Made by a program: the position numbers and the translations under genes. A stretch of 64,000 nt of DNA from a virus (lineage: Duplodnaviria > Heunggongvirae > Uroviricota > Caudoviricetes), in the IMG/VR virus record IMGVR_UViG_3300042401_001499; one strand, written 5' to 3'. Under the pieces are notes generated by a model. The model was not told the DNA's origin and ran no database searches. It saw only the letters and a program-made list of their open reading frames with translations. Each line of letters begins with the position of its first letter. The stretch's first letter is position 1. Positions 1 to 10,620 of the stretch are shown piece after piece.

Positions 1-224
1 CTCAAGAGTTTGCTTTCTATTCAGATTATAAATGGATATACTCTTTAGATACTTCCAATCCAGTTGTTCACGGAATAAAAGGAATTGAATACAGAGAAGA
101 CGGACTATGGTCAAAAGAATCTCAGAAGTTATTTGAATTAATAAATCATCAGGTAGAAGATATTAATCCAATACTATATAATATCAATAAGTTCAAATGG
201 TTTACAAATGGAAGCAAAGTATAA
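1..224 (+). CDS. C-terminal fragment of an upstream gene (5-prime partial), unknown function
   Basis: Open frame from the window edge to TAA at 222-224. It is co-oriented with the downstream operon. Confidence 0.35.
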   Translation, partial: QEFAFYSDYKWIYSLDTSNPVVHGIKGIEYREDGLWSKESQKLFELINHQVEDINPILYNINKFKWFTNGSKV

Positions 225-384
225 AGTAGGACAAAAAGTTGATATTAATCGTGATAATGAAATACTAGAAGTACAGATATTCGGACATTTTAAAATGAGA
301 GAAAGAGTACTTTACAGTGTTAGATCAGAAGGAAAGTTTCACGTAATAGAAGAATCAGAAATATTAGAAAGAGTAAATGATTAG
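208..384 (+). CDS. Small hypothetical protein (58 aa), overlaps neighbours at both ends
   Basis: ATG at 208 to TAG at 382-384. Not in the ORF track (under 60 aa). The tight overlap is typical of this operon. Confidence 0.25.
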   Translation: MEAKYKVGQKVDINRDNEILEVQIFGHFKMRERVLYSVRSEGKFHVIEESEILERVND

Positions 385-904
385 ACCTTGGATAGCATTT
401 TTTAGTCAAACAGGATCAGAGATCGTAGAAGTATCAAAGCTTCTAGGAAGATGGCCTGATATGATAGTAACAAACGAAAGACCAGAACATCTTAGAAAGA
501 TTCATCCGGCTTTAGAGAACAAGCATTTAATCTTCGTAGATAATAAACCTTCAGAAGAAGAATTAGGACTAATATTAGGTCACTATAAAGAACCTTTAGT
601 AACTCTTCATGGATGGTTAAGAGTTATGCCTCCGGATATCTGTAATAGGTTTGAAATCTATAATGGACATCCAGGACTTATAACTGAACATCCAGAACTA
701 AAAGGAAAAGATCCACAACAAAAAGCTTTTGACTTAGGATTAGAATCTTCCGGATGTGTTATTCATAGAGTAACAGAAGGAGTTGATGAAGGAGAGATAC
801 TTCGAAGTAGAAAAGTTTCTATAAAAGGGTTGGAAATAGGAGAATTATTTCATATCTTACATAGTATATCAGTAAGTCTTTGGGTAGACTTCTTAAAAAA
901 TTAG
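377..904 (+). CDS. Formyltransferase-domain protein (PurN/Fmt family), candidate 7-deazaguanine-modifying formyltransferase
   Basis: NGHPGLITEHP...GCVIHRVTEGVDEGEIL matches the N10-formyl-THF transferase core (N-x-HPSLLP ... GxTxH ... DxG). It sits in an operon with QueF. Confidence 0.7.
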   Translation: MIRPWIAFFSQTGSEIVEVSKLLGRWPDMIVTNERPEHLRKIHPALENKHLIFVDNKPSEEELGLILGHYKEPLVTLHGWLRVMPPDICNRFEIYNGHPGLITEHPELKGKDPQQKAFDLGLESSGCVIHRVTEGVDEGEILRSRKVSIKGLEIGELFHILHSISVSLWVDFLKN

Positions 905-1431
905 TTATGAAAAGAATAGCATTAGTAGGAGCATCATCAGTAGGTAAGACTACGGTATATGAATTACTTAAAAGTAAATTACCTGAGTATGATTTCATAA
1001 ATGAATCAACAAGAACGGTTGGTAAATTTGGATTTCCTATTAATGAAGCAGGAACTTCTGAAACACAGCTTGCTATTTCTTCTTTCCATTTAGAAGCTCT
1101 ATTAGCTCCTAAGGATGTAATCTTAGATAGATGTTATTTGGATTTGGTAGTATACTCTACTTATATGGATAAGTTATCTACTAGCGCATATGATTACATA
1201 TTAGATACTTGGGTAAGAGTTAGGCATCAGTATACACATTTTATTTACTTCCCTATCGAATTTGCATCAGTAGACGATGGAGTAAGAAGTGTAAACGAAG
1301 AATGGAGAGAGGCAATTGATAAGCAGTTTGAAATTAACTTAAAAGCAATTAAATTTGCTGGAGGAGATTATTTAACAGTAACAGGAAGTCCTAATCAAAG
1401 AGTTGAACAAATATTAAACTACATAAAATAA
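880..1431 (+). CDS. P-loop NTPase / putative kinase
   Basis: Walker A motif ALVGASSVGKTT. Start overlaps the upstream stop. Lies between the formyltransferase and QueF. Confidence 0.55.
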   Translation: MGRLLKKLVMKRIALVGASSVGKTTVYELLKSKLPEYDFINESTRTVGKFGFPINEAGTSETQLAISSFHLEALLAPKDVILDRCYLDLVVYSTYMDKLSTSAYDYILDTWVRVRHQYTHFIYFPIEFASVDDGVRSVNEEWREAIDKQFEINLKAIKFAGGDYLTVTGSPNQRVEQILNYIK

Positions 1432-1432
1432 T

Positions 1433-2359
1433 ATGACACAAGAATTAAATCAAGCAGAAGTTGTAAAGATTGCAGGAAAGCATCTAGGACAAGTAGGTGG
1501 AGCAGGTTATAGCGATACTTATGATCCAAGCCTATTGGTAGAAATTCCACGTTACTTGAATAGAGAAGCGTATGGAATTGATGATAACAGTTTACCATTC
1601 GTGGGAGGAGATGTATGGAATGCATACGAAGTATCTGCAATTACTACAAAAGGACTTCCAGTTGTTGGAATGTTAAAGATTTGGTATCCAGCAGATTCAA
1701 AACTTCACGTAGAGTCTAAATCAATTAAATTGTATTTGAATTCATTCAATATGACTCAATTGGGAGAAACAGATCATGAATGTATCAAGTTACTAAAACA
1801 AAGAGTAAAGAAAGACTTATCTGACTTACTACAAACAAAAGTACAGGTAGAGATGTTTACCTCAGAGCATTCTCCAAGCTATGCCTTCAAAGGATATGCA
1901 CCACTAGATGCTTTAGTAGATCTAAATGCAATTGAATTTACTTCTTACCATTCAGACGCTACACAATTGGAAACAGAAGAAGTAGATGAGGATGTTGAAA
2001 TAGGAGAAATAAAAGTACAATCAAATCTTTTAAGATCAAATTGTAGAGTAACAAATCAACCAGACTGGGGTGATGTATTTATTCACATCAAGCCTAAAGC
2101 AGGAGTTGTTCCTAATCTACAATCACTAGCAAAATATATTGTAAGTCATAGACAAGTAAGTCACTTCCATGAAGAGATTTGTGAAATGATCTACATGCAC
2201 TTAAAAGAAGCTTACAATCCAGAAGAATTAATGGTAGCTTGTCTTTACACTCGTAGAGGAGGATTAGATATTAATCCAATTAGAGCTTCACATAAGAAAC
2301 TAATACCAGGATTCTTTACAGACATTACTTGTAGAATGGCTAAAACATTACGTCAATAA
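1433..2359 (+). CDS. queF: NADPH-dependent 7-cyano-7-deazaguanine (preQ0) reductase QueF, bimodular type
   Basis: QueF motif E(S/L)K(S/A)hK(L/Y)(Y/F/W) is present as ESKSIKLYL. Catalytic Cys context NCRVTNQPDWGD matches E. coli QueF (C..T.QPDWG). 308 aa, bimodular T-fold. Confidence 0.85.
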   Translation: MTQELNQAEVVKIAGKHLGQVGGAGYSDTYDPSLLVEIPRYLNREAYGIDDNSLPFVGGDVWNAYEVSAITTKGLPVVGMLKIWYPADSKLHVESKSIKLYLNSFNMTQLGETDHECIKLLKQRVKKDLSDLLQTKVQVEMFTSEHSPSYAFKGYAPLDALVDLNAIEFTSYHSDATQLETEEVDEDVEIGEIKVQSNLLRSNCRVTNQPDWGDVFIHIKPKAGVVPNLQSLAKYIVSHRQVSHFHEEICEMIYMHLKEAYNPEELMVACLYTRRGGLDINPIRASHKKLIPGFFTDITCRMAKTLRQ

Positions 2360-2640
2360 TGTCAGAAGGTAGGCAGATAACTGAAATGCGATTCAGAGTA
2401 ATTGCAAAAAGAGAAGCTCCAGGAGATAGATGGAGACTAGTAGATGATAATCATAAACCTTCTGGAGAGATCATAGAAGGTTTAGTTGAGACTTTGTCAG
2501 CTTACATGAAAAAAACCGGACACAAAGAAGGTTATCGATTGGAGCCTTTGAGAGGAACTTTGATGGCAATAGAGTGGGCAGAGCCAGAAGCAGTAATACC
2601 ACCACCTCCAAAAACTTATGATCTTTACGGGGAATTTTAA
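2359..2640 (+). CDS. Hypothetical protein (93 aa), proline-rich C-terminus
   Basis: ORF with TAATG coupling to queF. No recognisable domain. Confidence 0.4.
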   Translation: MSEGRQITEMRFRVIAKREAPGDRWRLVDDNHKPSGEIIEGLVETLSAYMKKTGHKEGYRLEPLRGTLMAIEWAEPEAVIPPPPKTYDLYGEF

Positions 2641-2644
2641 TACA

Positions 2645-2675
2645 AAAGAGTTGTTTAATCGCAACTCTTTTCTTA
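2645..2675 (+). terminator. Rho-independent terminator after the queF operon
   Basis: 9-bp stem AAAGAGTTG / CAACTCTTT with an 8-nt loop, followed by a T-rich tract. Confidence 0.55.
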
Positions 2676-2694
2676 TCTTTATAGTATATAAAAT
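2669..2694 (+). promoter_or_regulatory. Promoter-like motif, class 2 (TTTTCTTATCTTTATAGTATATAAAAT) upstream of polA
   Basis: Near-identical motif recurs at 10300-10324 upstream of another gene. Contains a TAnnTTT-like -7 element. Confidence 0.4.
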
Positions 2695-2699
2695 CAGTT

Positions 2700-5033
2700 A
2701 TGCAAATAGAAAAAAAGTACTACCATGTTGACAGTATCGAGACTGTTAATCTTCTTATCGAACATATTAATCAGTCAGAGGTTATTGCCTATGATACTGA
2801 GACAAGTGGCTTAAATGTTAGAAAAGGATCTATCGTAGGATGGTCCATATCAGGAGAAGAAGGAATAGGATTTTATCTCCCTACTCAGAAATGGAATACA
2901 GAAACAAATCAATTGGAAGAATGTAGTATTGGTGGCAAAGGAGCACATGGTATTACTAAAAAGTTACTCCCGCTGCTTAAGGGTAAGAAACTAGTAATGC
3001 ACAATGCTTCTTTTGACTGCCGTTTTACAAAGAACTATTACGGAGTATCTTTATTAGAAGATCTTTGGGTAGATACAGCTCTACTTGTTCATACAGTACA
3101 GGAAGAGGGAGCAGGTATGGGAGTATTTGGATTAAAAGCATTAGCAATCTCTATTCAGAAAGAGATTGGATTAGATGTACAAGAAGCAGCCAATAAGGAA
3201 CAAGTAGAGTTAAAAGAATCTATTAAAGCAAACGGAGGATCAACCACGAAAGACCTCTATGAAATTTTCAAAGCAGATATGGCAATTCTGTCAAAGTATG
3301 CTGCAGCCGATACAGATTTAACCCTCAGGGTTTGTAATCACTTCCTAAAAGTGTTAAAGGCGGAAGGATTAGAGAAATTCTTCTTTGAAGAAGAAGTAAT
3401 GCCTCTTTATAGAGAAGTAACTATTCCAATGGAAGAGTTAGGAGTAGCATTAGATCTTCCACTACTGGAAAAGACTAAAGAGGATATTACAAATGATTTA
3501 CAGTCAAATAAAAAGATTGTAATCGATAGCATTTTAAGTATTCCAGAGGCCAAGGAATGGGTAGTCGATACAGCACTATATACTTATCCACCTTCGCATA
3601 AAGGAAACTGGGCACAGAATTTAATTATGCTTCATTCACTTCCCCTAGAAAGAAGCGAGAAGACTAGAAAGTATTCTTTAACTAAGAAAGCTATTGACGA
3701 ATTAGATGAGAGTAACATAAAACAATTTCTACTAACAGGAGATTTATCTCTACTAGACGAAATGGAAGTTGTTAGAATCTCTATGTCAATGTGGAAGGAA
3801 GACAATGAAGGAGACTATTTGAATATACAATCAAAGAAACACTTAGGTGAGATTGCATTTAAGTATATGGGAATTAAACCTCTTACTCAGACTAAAAAAG
3901 GACAAGATCAATTCGATATGGATATGTTAGAGGAACTAGCCAAGACATATGAATGGGCAAATAATCTTAGAACATATAATAAGTTACTAAAGATTAAATC
4001 AACCTACATCGATAGATTCCTAGACGGTCAAGAAGACGGAAGATACTATTTCTATTATAAGCAGCATGGTACAGTATCAGGACGATATGGTTCAGATGCA
4101 CAACAATTACCTAAACCTAAAGAAGAAGGAGAAGATACCCCACTACTTGTAAAATATACAAATGTAGTAAGAGAGTTCTTAATTGCAGGAGAAGGAAGAA
4201 AGTTAATCGATAATGATTATACTTCTCTAGAACCTCACTGCTTTGCTTCTGTAGCAGGTGATATTAATCTTCAAGAGATCTTTAACAACGGATGGGATTT
4301 TTATTCTACTGTTGCCATAAGAACTGAGAAGCTAGATCAAGATAAAGTAAAGTATCCAAATGGTGTTTCACCTGATACTAAATCTCCTATCTTCTTAAAG
4401 AAATTAGATCCAGTAAAAAGAAATCAAGCAAAGGCTTATTCATTAGGAATTGCATACGGAATGGAAGCATACGCATTGGCTAAAACTCTAGATATATCTC
4501 AGAAAGAAGCTGATACTCTTGTAGCAGGTTACCTAGATGGTTTTCCTCAATTAAAAGAGTGGAGAGTTAATTCTAGAGAGCAAGTAAAACAACATGGGTA
4601 TATCCAAAATAAAGTAGGACGAATCAGACACTTACCAAAAGTAAAACTTATCTTTGAGAAATTTGGAGATCAAGTATTGGATTGGAGATTTAGAAAGAGT
4701 CTAGAGAATCAATACGGAAAAGAGCCTGTAATGCAGATGTATAGAGATTATCGAAATGGATTGAACAACTGCTTGAATTATCAGCTACAGTCACTAGCAG
4801 CGGCGGTTGTGAATAGAGCAGCAGTACAGATCAACAGAAAGGCAAAAGAGTTAGGAATAGATGCTAGAGTACAGGCACAGATTCATGATCAACTTATCAT
4901 AAACATTAGAGAAGATCAAGCAGAAATGTTTATGCCTTATGTAAAAGAGCTAATGGAACTAACAACACAACTTCCAGGAGTAACTCTAAAGGCACCACCA
5001 CAAATAGCAAATAACTTTGCAGAAGGTCATTAG
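2700..5033 (+). CDS. polA: DNA polymerase I (family A) with 3-prime to 5-prime exonuclease domain
   Basis: Exo I motif YDTETSGL. Motif A DYTSLEPHCFA. Motif B KRNQAKAYSLGIAYGM (R..K...G..YG). Motif C IHDQLII. Confidence 0.9.
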   Translation: MQIEKKYYHVDSIETVNLLIEHINQSEVIAYDTETSGLNVRKGSIVGWSISGEEGIGFYLPTQKWNTETNQLEECSIGGKGAHGITKKLLPLLKGKKLVMHNASFDCRFTKNYYGVSLLEDLWVDTALLVHTVQEEGAGMGVFGLKALAISIQKEIGLDVQEAANKEQVELKESIKANGGSTTKDLYEIFKADMAILSKYAAADTDLTLRVCNHFLKVLKAEGLEKFFFEEEVMPLYREVTIPMEELGVALDLPLLEKTKEDITNDLQSNKKIVIDSILSIPEAKEWVVDTALYTYPPSHKGNWAQNLIMLHSLPLERSEKTRKYSLTKKAIDELDESNIKQFLLTGDLSLLDEMEVVRISMSMWKEDNEGDYLNIQSKKHLGEIAFKYMGIKPLTQTKKGQDQFDMDMLEELAKTYEWANNLRTYNKLLKIKSTYIDRFLDGQEDGRYYFYYKQHGTVSGRYGSDAQQLPKPKEEGEDTPLLVKYTNVVREFLIAGEGRKLIDNDYTSLEPHCFASVAGDINLQEIFNNGWDFYSTVAIRTEKLDQDKVKYPNGVSPDTKSPIFLKKLDPVKRNQAKAYSLGIAYGMEAYALAKTLDISQKEADTLVAGYLDGFPQLKEWRVNSREQVKQHGYIQNKVGRIRHLPKVKLIFEKFGDQVLDWRFRKSLENQYGKEPVMQMYRDYRNGLNNCLNYQLQSLAAAVVNRAAVQINRKAKELGIDARVQAQIHDQLIINIREDQAEMFMPYVKELMELTTQLPGVTLKAPPQIANNFAEGH

Positions 5034-5096
5034 AAGTTGTTTCCTTAGATATTTATTCATATATTAATAAAATAAGTTATAAATTAAAATCAGTTT

Positions 5097-7045
<1,949 letters not shown>

Positions 7046-7068
7046 TATTAATTAAACAAATAAAAAAA

Positions 7069-7236
7069 ATGAACAAGCAAGAATTATTCGAACAAATCGA
7101 TGAATTGTATCAAAGTTTTGTAGCAAGCCATAACGGAACTACTAAAAAATCACAAGCAGGAGCAAGAAAATCTATTGGAGAGGTTAAGAAATTAATCACG
7201 GACTATAGAAAAGCTTCAACAGCAGAGAGTAAATAA
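7069..7236 (+). CDS. Small Lys-rich protein (55 aa), histone-H1-like / nucleoid-associated candidate
   Basis: ATG at 7069 to TAA at 7234-7236. Not in the track (under 60 aa). Fills an otherwise gene-free gap after groEL. Confidence 0.35.
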   Translation: MNKQELFEQIDELYQSFVASHNGTTKKSQAGARKSIGEVKKLITDYRKASTAESK

Positions 7237-7246
7237 GAAGGGACCG

Positions 7247-7294
7247 AGAGGGGAGGGGGCGTCAAAACCTCCTCACCGAAGGTGTCACGCGCAA
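7247..7294 (+). repeat. GC-rich conserved intergenic element, copy 1 (GAGGGGAGGGGGCG ... CTCACCGAAGGTGTCACGCGCAA)
   Basis: A 13-mer plus a 23-mer are identical to a second copy at 32822-32865. The GC content is strikingly above the local AT-rich background. Confidence 0.6.
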
Positions 7295-7315
7295 AATTAA
7301 CCAATTAACAAACAT

Positions 7316-7687
7316 ATGACAATTTTAACATCATTTATTCTAGTAGTAGCTATCACAGCAATAGCTCTATTCATTGCATACAATGTGCAAAAAGGTACAA
7401 AAACCTTAAAAGAATTTAAAACAGACTTCGATAACAACGAGGAAGCTCAAGAGTTAGTACAGTTATCTAAAGAATTGTATAACAAAGACCTACGTCCAGT
7501 TACAGCAAAGAAAGCACCTAAGAAAGAAAAGGTAGCAGAAATAACACCAGAGGTTGTAGAGAAAGTAGTAGAGATTGCCCAAGTAACACCAGACACTACA
7601 ACAGTAAACGTTGAAGCAGTAGTGGAATCAACCAAGCCTAAGAAAAAAAGAAAGTATTATCCAAAAGCTCCTAAGGGGAAGGCATAA
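7316..7687 (+). CDS. Membrane-anchored Lys-rich protein
   Basis: N-terminal transmembrane helix (ILTSFILVVAITAIALFIAY) and a KKxPKK-rich C-terminus. Confidence 0.45.
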   Translation: MTILTSFILVVAITAIALFIAYNVQKGTKTLKEFKTDFDNNEEAQELVQLSKELYNKDLRPVTAKKAPKKEKVAEITPEVVEKVVEIAQVTPDTTTVNVEAVVESTKPKKKRKYYPKAPKGKA

Positions 7688-7941
7688 TGTCAGATTCAAG
7701 AGCCAAGTACGAGGAATTAAGAGAGAAGCCTACCTTTGTTGAAAATACAGAACAGCAAAGAAGCGTGGCCATTATTGTAGAAATTCTACAGGCAAGTGAT
7801 CATACCTCTCTCACCAAGCACCTTTTATCAAAAGTGTTAGAAGTATCAAAGGAGGGTCCAAACCTTTCACCGGCCACTGTCTTTCAAATAGCAGCAGATG
7901 CTACAAAGGTAGATGAATTATGCAATGCAAAACAAAACTAA
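7687..7941 (+). CDS. Hypothetical protein
   Basis: ORF with ATGA-type coupling to its neighbours. Confidence 0.4.
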   Translation: MSDSRAKYEELREKPTFVENTEQQRSVAIIVEILQASDHTSLTKHLLSKVLEVSKEGPNLSPATVFQIAADATKVDELCNAKQN

Positions 7942-8179
7942 AATGGAACAACAACCAAGAATGAATCTATCGATTGATCAAACACTTCCGGTAGAATGCG
8001 AAAAATGTGGACACACCTTCTTTGAAGAAGCACTTCATATTAGAAAAGCATCGGGAATACTTACAGGTACAGGTCAAACAACCTACATGCCTATTCCGGT
8101 ATTTGCGTGCAAGGCCTGCGGCCATGTCAACACAGAATTTCTTCCAAAGGAATTAAAAGGGTTGAATTCTGAGGAATAA
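7913..8179 (+). CDS. Double zinc-ribbon protein
   Basis: Motifs CEKCGH ... CKACGH. Confidence 0.45.
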   Translation: MNYAMQNKTKMEQQPRMNLSIDQTLPVECEKCGHTFFEEALHIRKASGILTGTGQTTYMPIPVFACKACGHVNTEFLPKELKGLNSEE

Positions 8180-8200
8180 ACCAGACTTTACTTAAACTTC

Positions 8201-8228
8201 AAAGAGGCCTCGTGCCTCTTTTTTTTGT
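8201..8228 (+). terminator. Rho-independent terminator
   Basis: Stem AGAGGC / GCCTCT with loop CTCGT, followed by TTTTTTTT. Confidence 0.6.
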
Positions 8229-8560
8229 GCTATTTATATCAAAGAGTTACTATGAAAATTTTGTTACTACCAATTAGTTACGTCCTAACTAACTTAAAAA
8301 AATATTTTATGGGATTTTTCAGTATCTTTAAAAAATCAAATGATTACAATGAAAAGGTTGTAATTGGATTCATGTCATTCATGGTGATGGTAATTGCCAT
8401 TGCAGTAGACCTTGTAACAGGTTACATGGGTAAAGCTTTAGAATTAAACGAGTACATCTTTGATGCATTCATGTACATCACATTAGGTTCATTCCTTCCA
8501 GATGTATTGGAGAAATTTGCAGCAATGAAAAACGGAGGTAAATCAAACAACGAAGAATAA
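8225..8560 (+). CDS. Small membrane protein, holin candidate
   Basis: Two predicted transmembrane segments. Sits immediately upstream of the endolysin. Confidence 0.4.
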   Translation: MCYLYQRVTMKILLLPISYVLTNLKKYFMGFFSIFKKSNDYNEKVVIGFMSFMVMVIAIAVDLVTGYMGKALELNEYIFDAFMYITLGSFLPDVLEKFAAMKNGGKSNNEE

Positions 8561-8570
8561 AAATTAGATT

Positions 8571-9182
8571 ATGAGCTTAAAAAGTTTACAAGAAAAAGTA
8601 GGAGTAACAGCCGATGGTGCTTTTGGTCCAGGAACAATGAAAAAAGCAATGGAGTTTTATAAATTAACTCCAGTAAGAGCAGCACATTTCTTTGCACAAA
8701 CAGCACACGAAACAGGAGGGTTTAAAGCATTTGCAGAAAATCTAAACTACTCAGGAGATGGATTAAAAGGTATCTTTGGAAAATACTTTCCAGGTAACTT
8801 AAATGAACTATACGCTCGTAATCCTGAAAAGATTGCCAATAGAGTATACGGATCAAGAATGGGTAATGGAGCAGAAGCTTCAGGAGATGGATACAAGTTC
8901 AGAGGAAGAGGAGCTCTTCAATTGACAGGAAAAGAAAACTACAAAGCATTTTCAGATTATTTGAAAAAGCCAGAAATCATGACCAATCCAGATCTAGTAG
9001 CAACTACTTACTCTTTTGAATCAGCAATGTTCTTTTTTGATAAAAATAAATTATGGTCAATATGTGACCAAGGAGTGAACGATGCTTCAATCCTAGCTCT
9101 TACAAAAAGAATTAACGGCGGTACTCATGGTTTAGCAGATCGTTCTGAGAAAACTAAAAAATATTACGAATACGTTAAATAG
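8571..9182 (+). CDS. Endolysin: N-terminal peptidoglycan-binding domain plus GH19 (chitinase-like lysozyme) catalytic domain
   Basis: PG_binding-like motif ADGAFGPGTMKKA. GH19 motifs FFAQTAHETGGF and RGRGALQLTGKENY. Confidence 0.8.
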   Translation: MSLKSLQEKVGVTADGAFGPGTMKKAMEFYKLTPVRAAHFFAQTAHETGGFKAFAENLNYSGDGLKGIFGKYFPGNLNELYARNPEKIANRVYGSRMGNGAEASGDGYKFRGRGALQLTGKENYKAFSDYLKKPEIMTNPDLVATTYSFESAMFFFDKNKLWSICDQGVNDASILALTKRINGGTHGLADRSEKTKKYYEYVK

Positions 9183-9193
9183 GTAAATATAAG

Positions 9194-9619
9194 ATGAAAA
9201 CTTCACTATTAATCACATTATCATTGACAACAGCATTAGCATTTATTGGTACATATTTTATGCACCTAACAGCAGATAACATCGAACAATACCTTTCAGT
9301 AGGGTTGGTTGTCTTTGCTGATGGCTTCTTTGGTATATGGGCAGGAGTTAAGAGAGAAGGTTTTCAGACTTTTAAAGCATTAAGCGTATTAAAAACATTT
9401 GGCTTTTGGGTAGTAATGCTATCAGCTATCTTATCAATAGAAAAAGGATTTACTGGAACAGCTTGGTTAAGCGAGACTATTATGGCTCCCTTCTTAGTAT
9501 TCCAGTTAATTTCTATTTTAAAAAATGCCTCAATGGTAGGTTTAGTAAAAAATGAATTAGCAGTTCAGATATTGGACAGACTAGATAAACACAAAGGAGA
9601 AAGAGATGTTACAGAATAA
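9194..9619 (+). CDS. Holin-like multi-pass membrane protein
   Basis: Three to four hydrophobic helices and a charged C-terminus. Directly follows the endolysin. Confidence 0.45.
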   Translation: MKTSLLITLSLTTALAFIGTYFMHLTADNIEQYLSVGLVVFADGFFGIWAGVKREGFQTFKALSVLKTFGFWVVMLSAILSIEKGFTGTAWLSETIMAPFLVFQLISILKNASMVGLVKNELAVQILDRLDKHKGERDVTE

Positions 9620-9959
9620 ACAAAACTTATTACTGGTTATAGTAGTTGTATTAATTGGTTATAATATTTTCAATACAAATAGCATCAGAACAGATGTAAA
9701 AGGGTACAAAGCTGAAATAGAATTATTACAAACTAAAGTAGATTCAGCTAAGACAGTAAACAAACAAATCGATACTAAAATCGATTCAGTAAAAGAAAAG
9801 GTAGTTTCTATTTCAAAAGAAATACATCACATAGACAATACAATAACAATCGTAAAAAATCAAACAAATGAAAAAGCTGCTAATGCTGGTAAGTTTTCTA
9901 ATGTTGAGCTTGAGCAGTTTTTCGCAAGCAGATACAACAAAAGTCTTACTCCCAACTAA
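9606..9959 (+). CDS. Spanin-like protein (N-terminal TM plus coiled coil; i-spanin candidate)
   Basis: Single N-terminal transmembrane segment followed by a heptad-rich periplasmic domain. Confidence 0.35.
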   Translation: MLQNKQNLLLVIVVVLIGYNIFNTNSIRTDVKGYKAEIELLQTKVDSAKTVNKQIDTKIDSVKEKVVSISKEIHHIDNTITIVKNQTNEKAANAGKFSNVELEQFFASRYNKSLTPN

Positions 9960-10263
9960 AATTGCTAGACAAGTTGCAAAAGACCTTATTAGGTATGATG
10001 GTTGCAAACAAGAACTAAAACTTACTCAAGAAAAAATTATCAAGTTAGAAGAAAGAGAAGTACAAAAAGATACTATCATCAAGCTTCTAAACGATAAGGA
10101 TGAGAACAATAAATACATCATTCATCAGAATGAACTTCAAATTGGACAGTACGAACATATGACTGACGATTTACAAAAAGAGTTAAAGGCCTCTAGAACA
10201 AAAACCTTCCTCTATAAAGTAGGAACATTTGTCGGATTGGCATTAGCACTCTACCTCTACTAA
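9868..10263 (+). CDS. Overlapping, out-of-frame ORF with signal peptide and C-terminal TM (o-/u-spanin-like candidate)
   Basis: Overlaps the upstream ORF by 92 nt in another frame, reminiscent of Rz/Rz1 architecture. No lipobox Cys is seen, so the call is tentative. Confidence 0.3.
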   Translation: MKKLLMLVSFLMLSLSSFSQADTTKVLLPTKIARQVAKDLIRYDGCKQELKLTQEKIIKLEEREVQKDTIIKLLNDKDENNKYIIHQNELQIGQYEHMTDDLQKELKASRTKTFLYKVGTFVGLALALYLY

Positions 10264-10276
10264 AATAATTAAATTA

Positions 10277-10302
10277 AGGCTTGCTTTTGCAGGCCTTTTT
10301 TC
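10277..10302 (+). terminator. Rho-independent terminator after the lysis cassette
   Basis: GGCTTGC-TTTT-GCAGGCC hairpin plus a T-run. Confidence 0.55.
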
Positions 10303-10324
10303 TTATATTATAGTTATATAAAAT
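10300..10324 (+). promoter_or_regulatory. Promoter-like motif, class 2 (TTCTTATATTATAGTTATATAAAAT)
   Basis: Same motif as upstream of polA (2669-2694). Confidence 0.4.
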
Positions 10325-10329
10325 ACGTT

Positions 10330-10620
10330 ATGACAAAGAACAGTGATGTAAAACCTTTAGTAAAAGAGAAGGTTGTAAACAAAATGGTCGACCATCCTCA
10401 ACACTACGGAGGTAAGGGAAACAAATACGAAGCCATAAAAGTAATTGAAGCATGGGACTTAGGTTTCTGTTTAGGAAATACTGTGAAGTATATCTCCAGA
10501 GCAGGAAAGAAAGATAACATAGTTCAAGAATTAGAAAAAGCTCTTTGGTATTTAAAAAGAGAAATCAAAACACTAAAGAAAAATGGCCAAGAAAATACTC
10601 AAGCAGGTAAGTCTAATTAA
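10330..10620 (+). CDS. DUF3310-like small phage protein
   Basis: Pattern HPQHYGG ... KYEAIKVIEAW ... GNTVKYISRAGKK ... LEKALWYL is typical of DUF3310. Confidence 0.4.
   Translation: MTKNSDVKPLVKEKVVNKMVDHPQHYGGKGNKYEAIKVIEAWDLGFCLGNTVKYISRAGKKDNIVQELEKALWYLKREIKTLKKNGQENTQAGKSN

Noticed and set aside
7247-7294. GC-rich element as a tRNA or riboswitch fragment
   Set aside because: It has no T-loop (GTTCRANYC) or recognisable riboswitch core from memory. It is kept as an unexplained conserved element instead.
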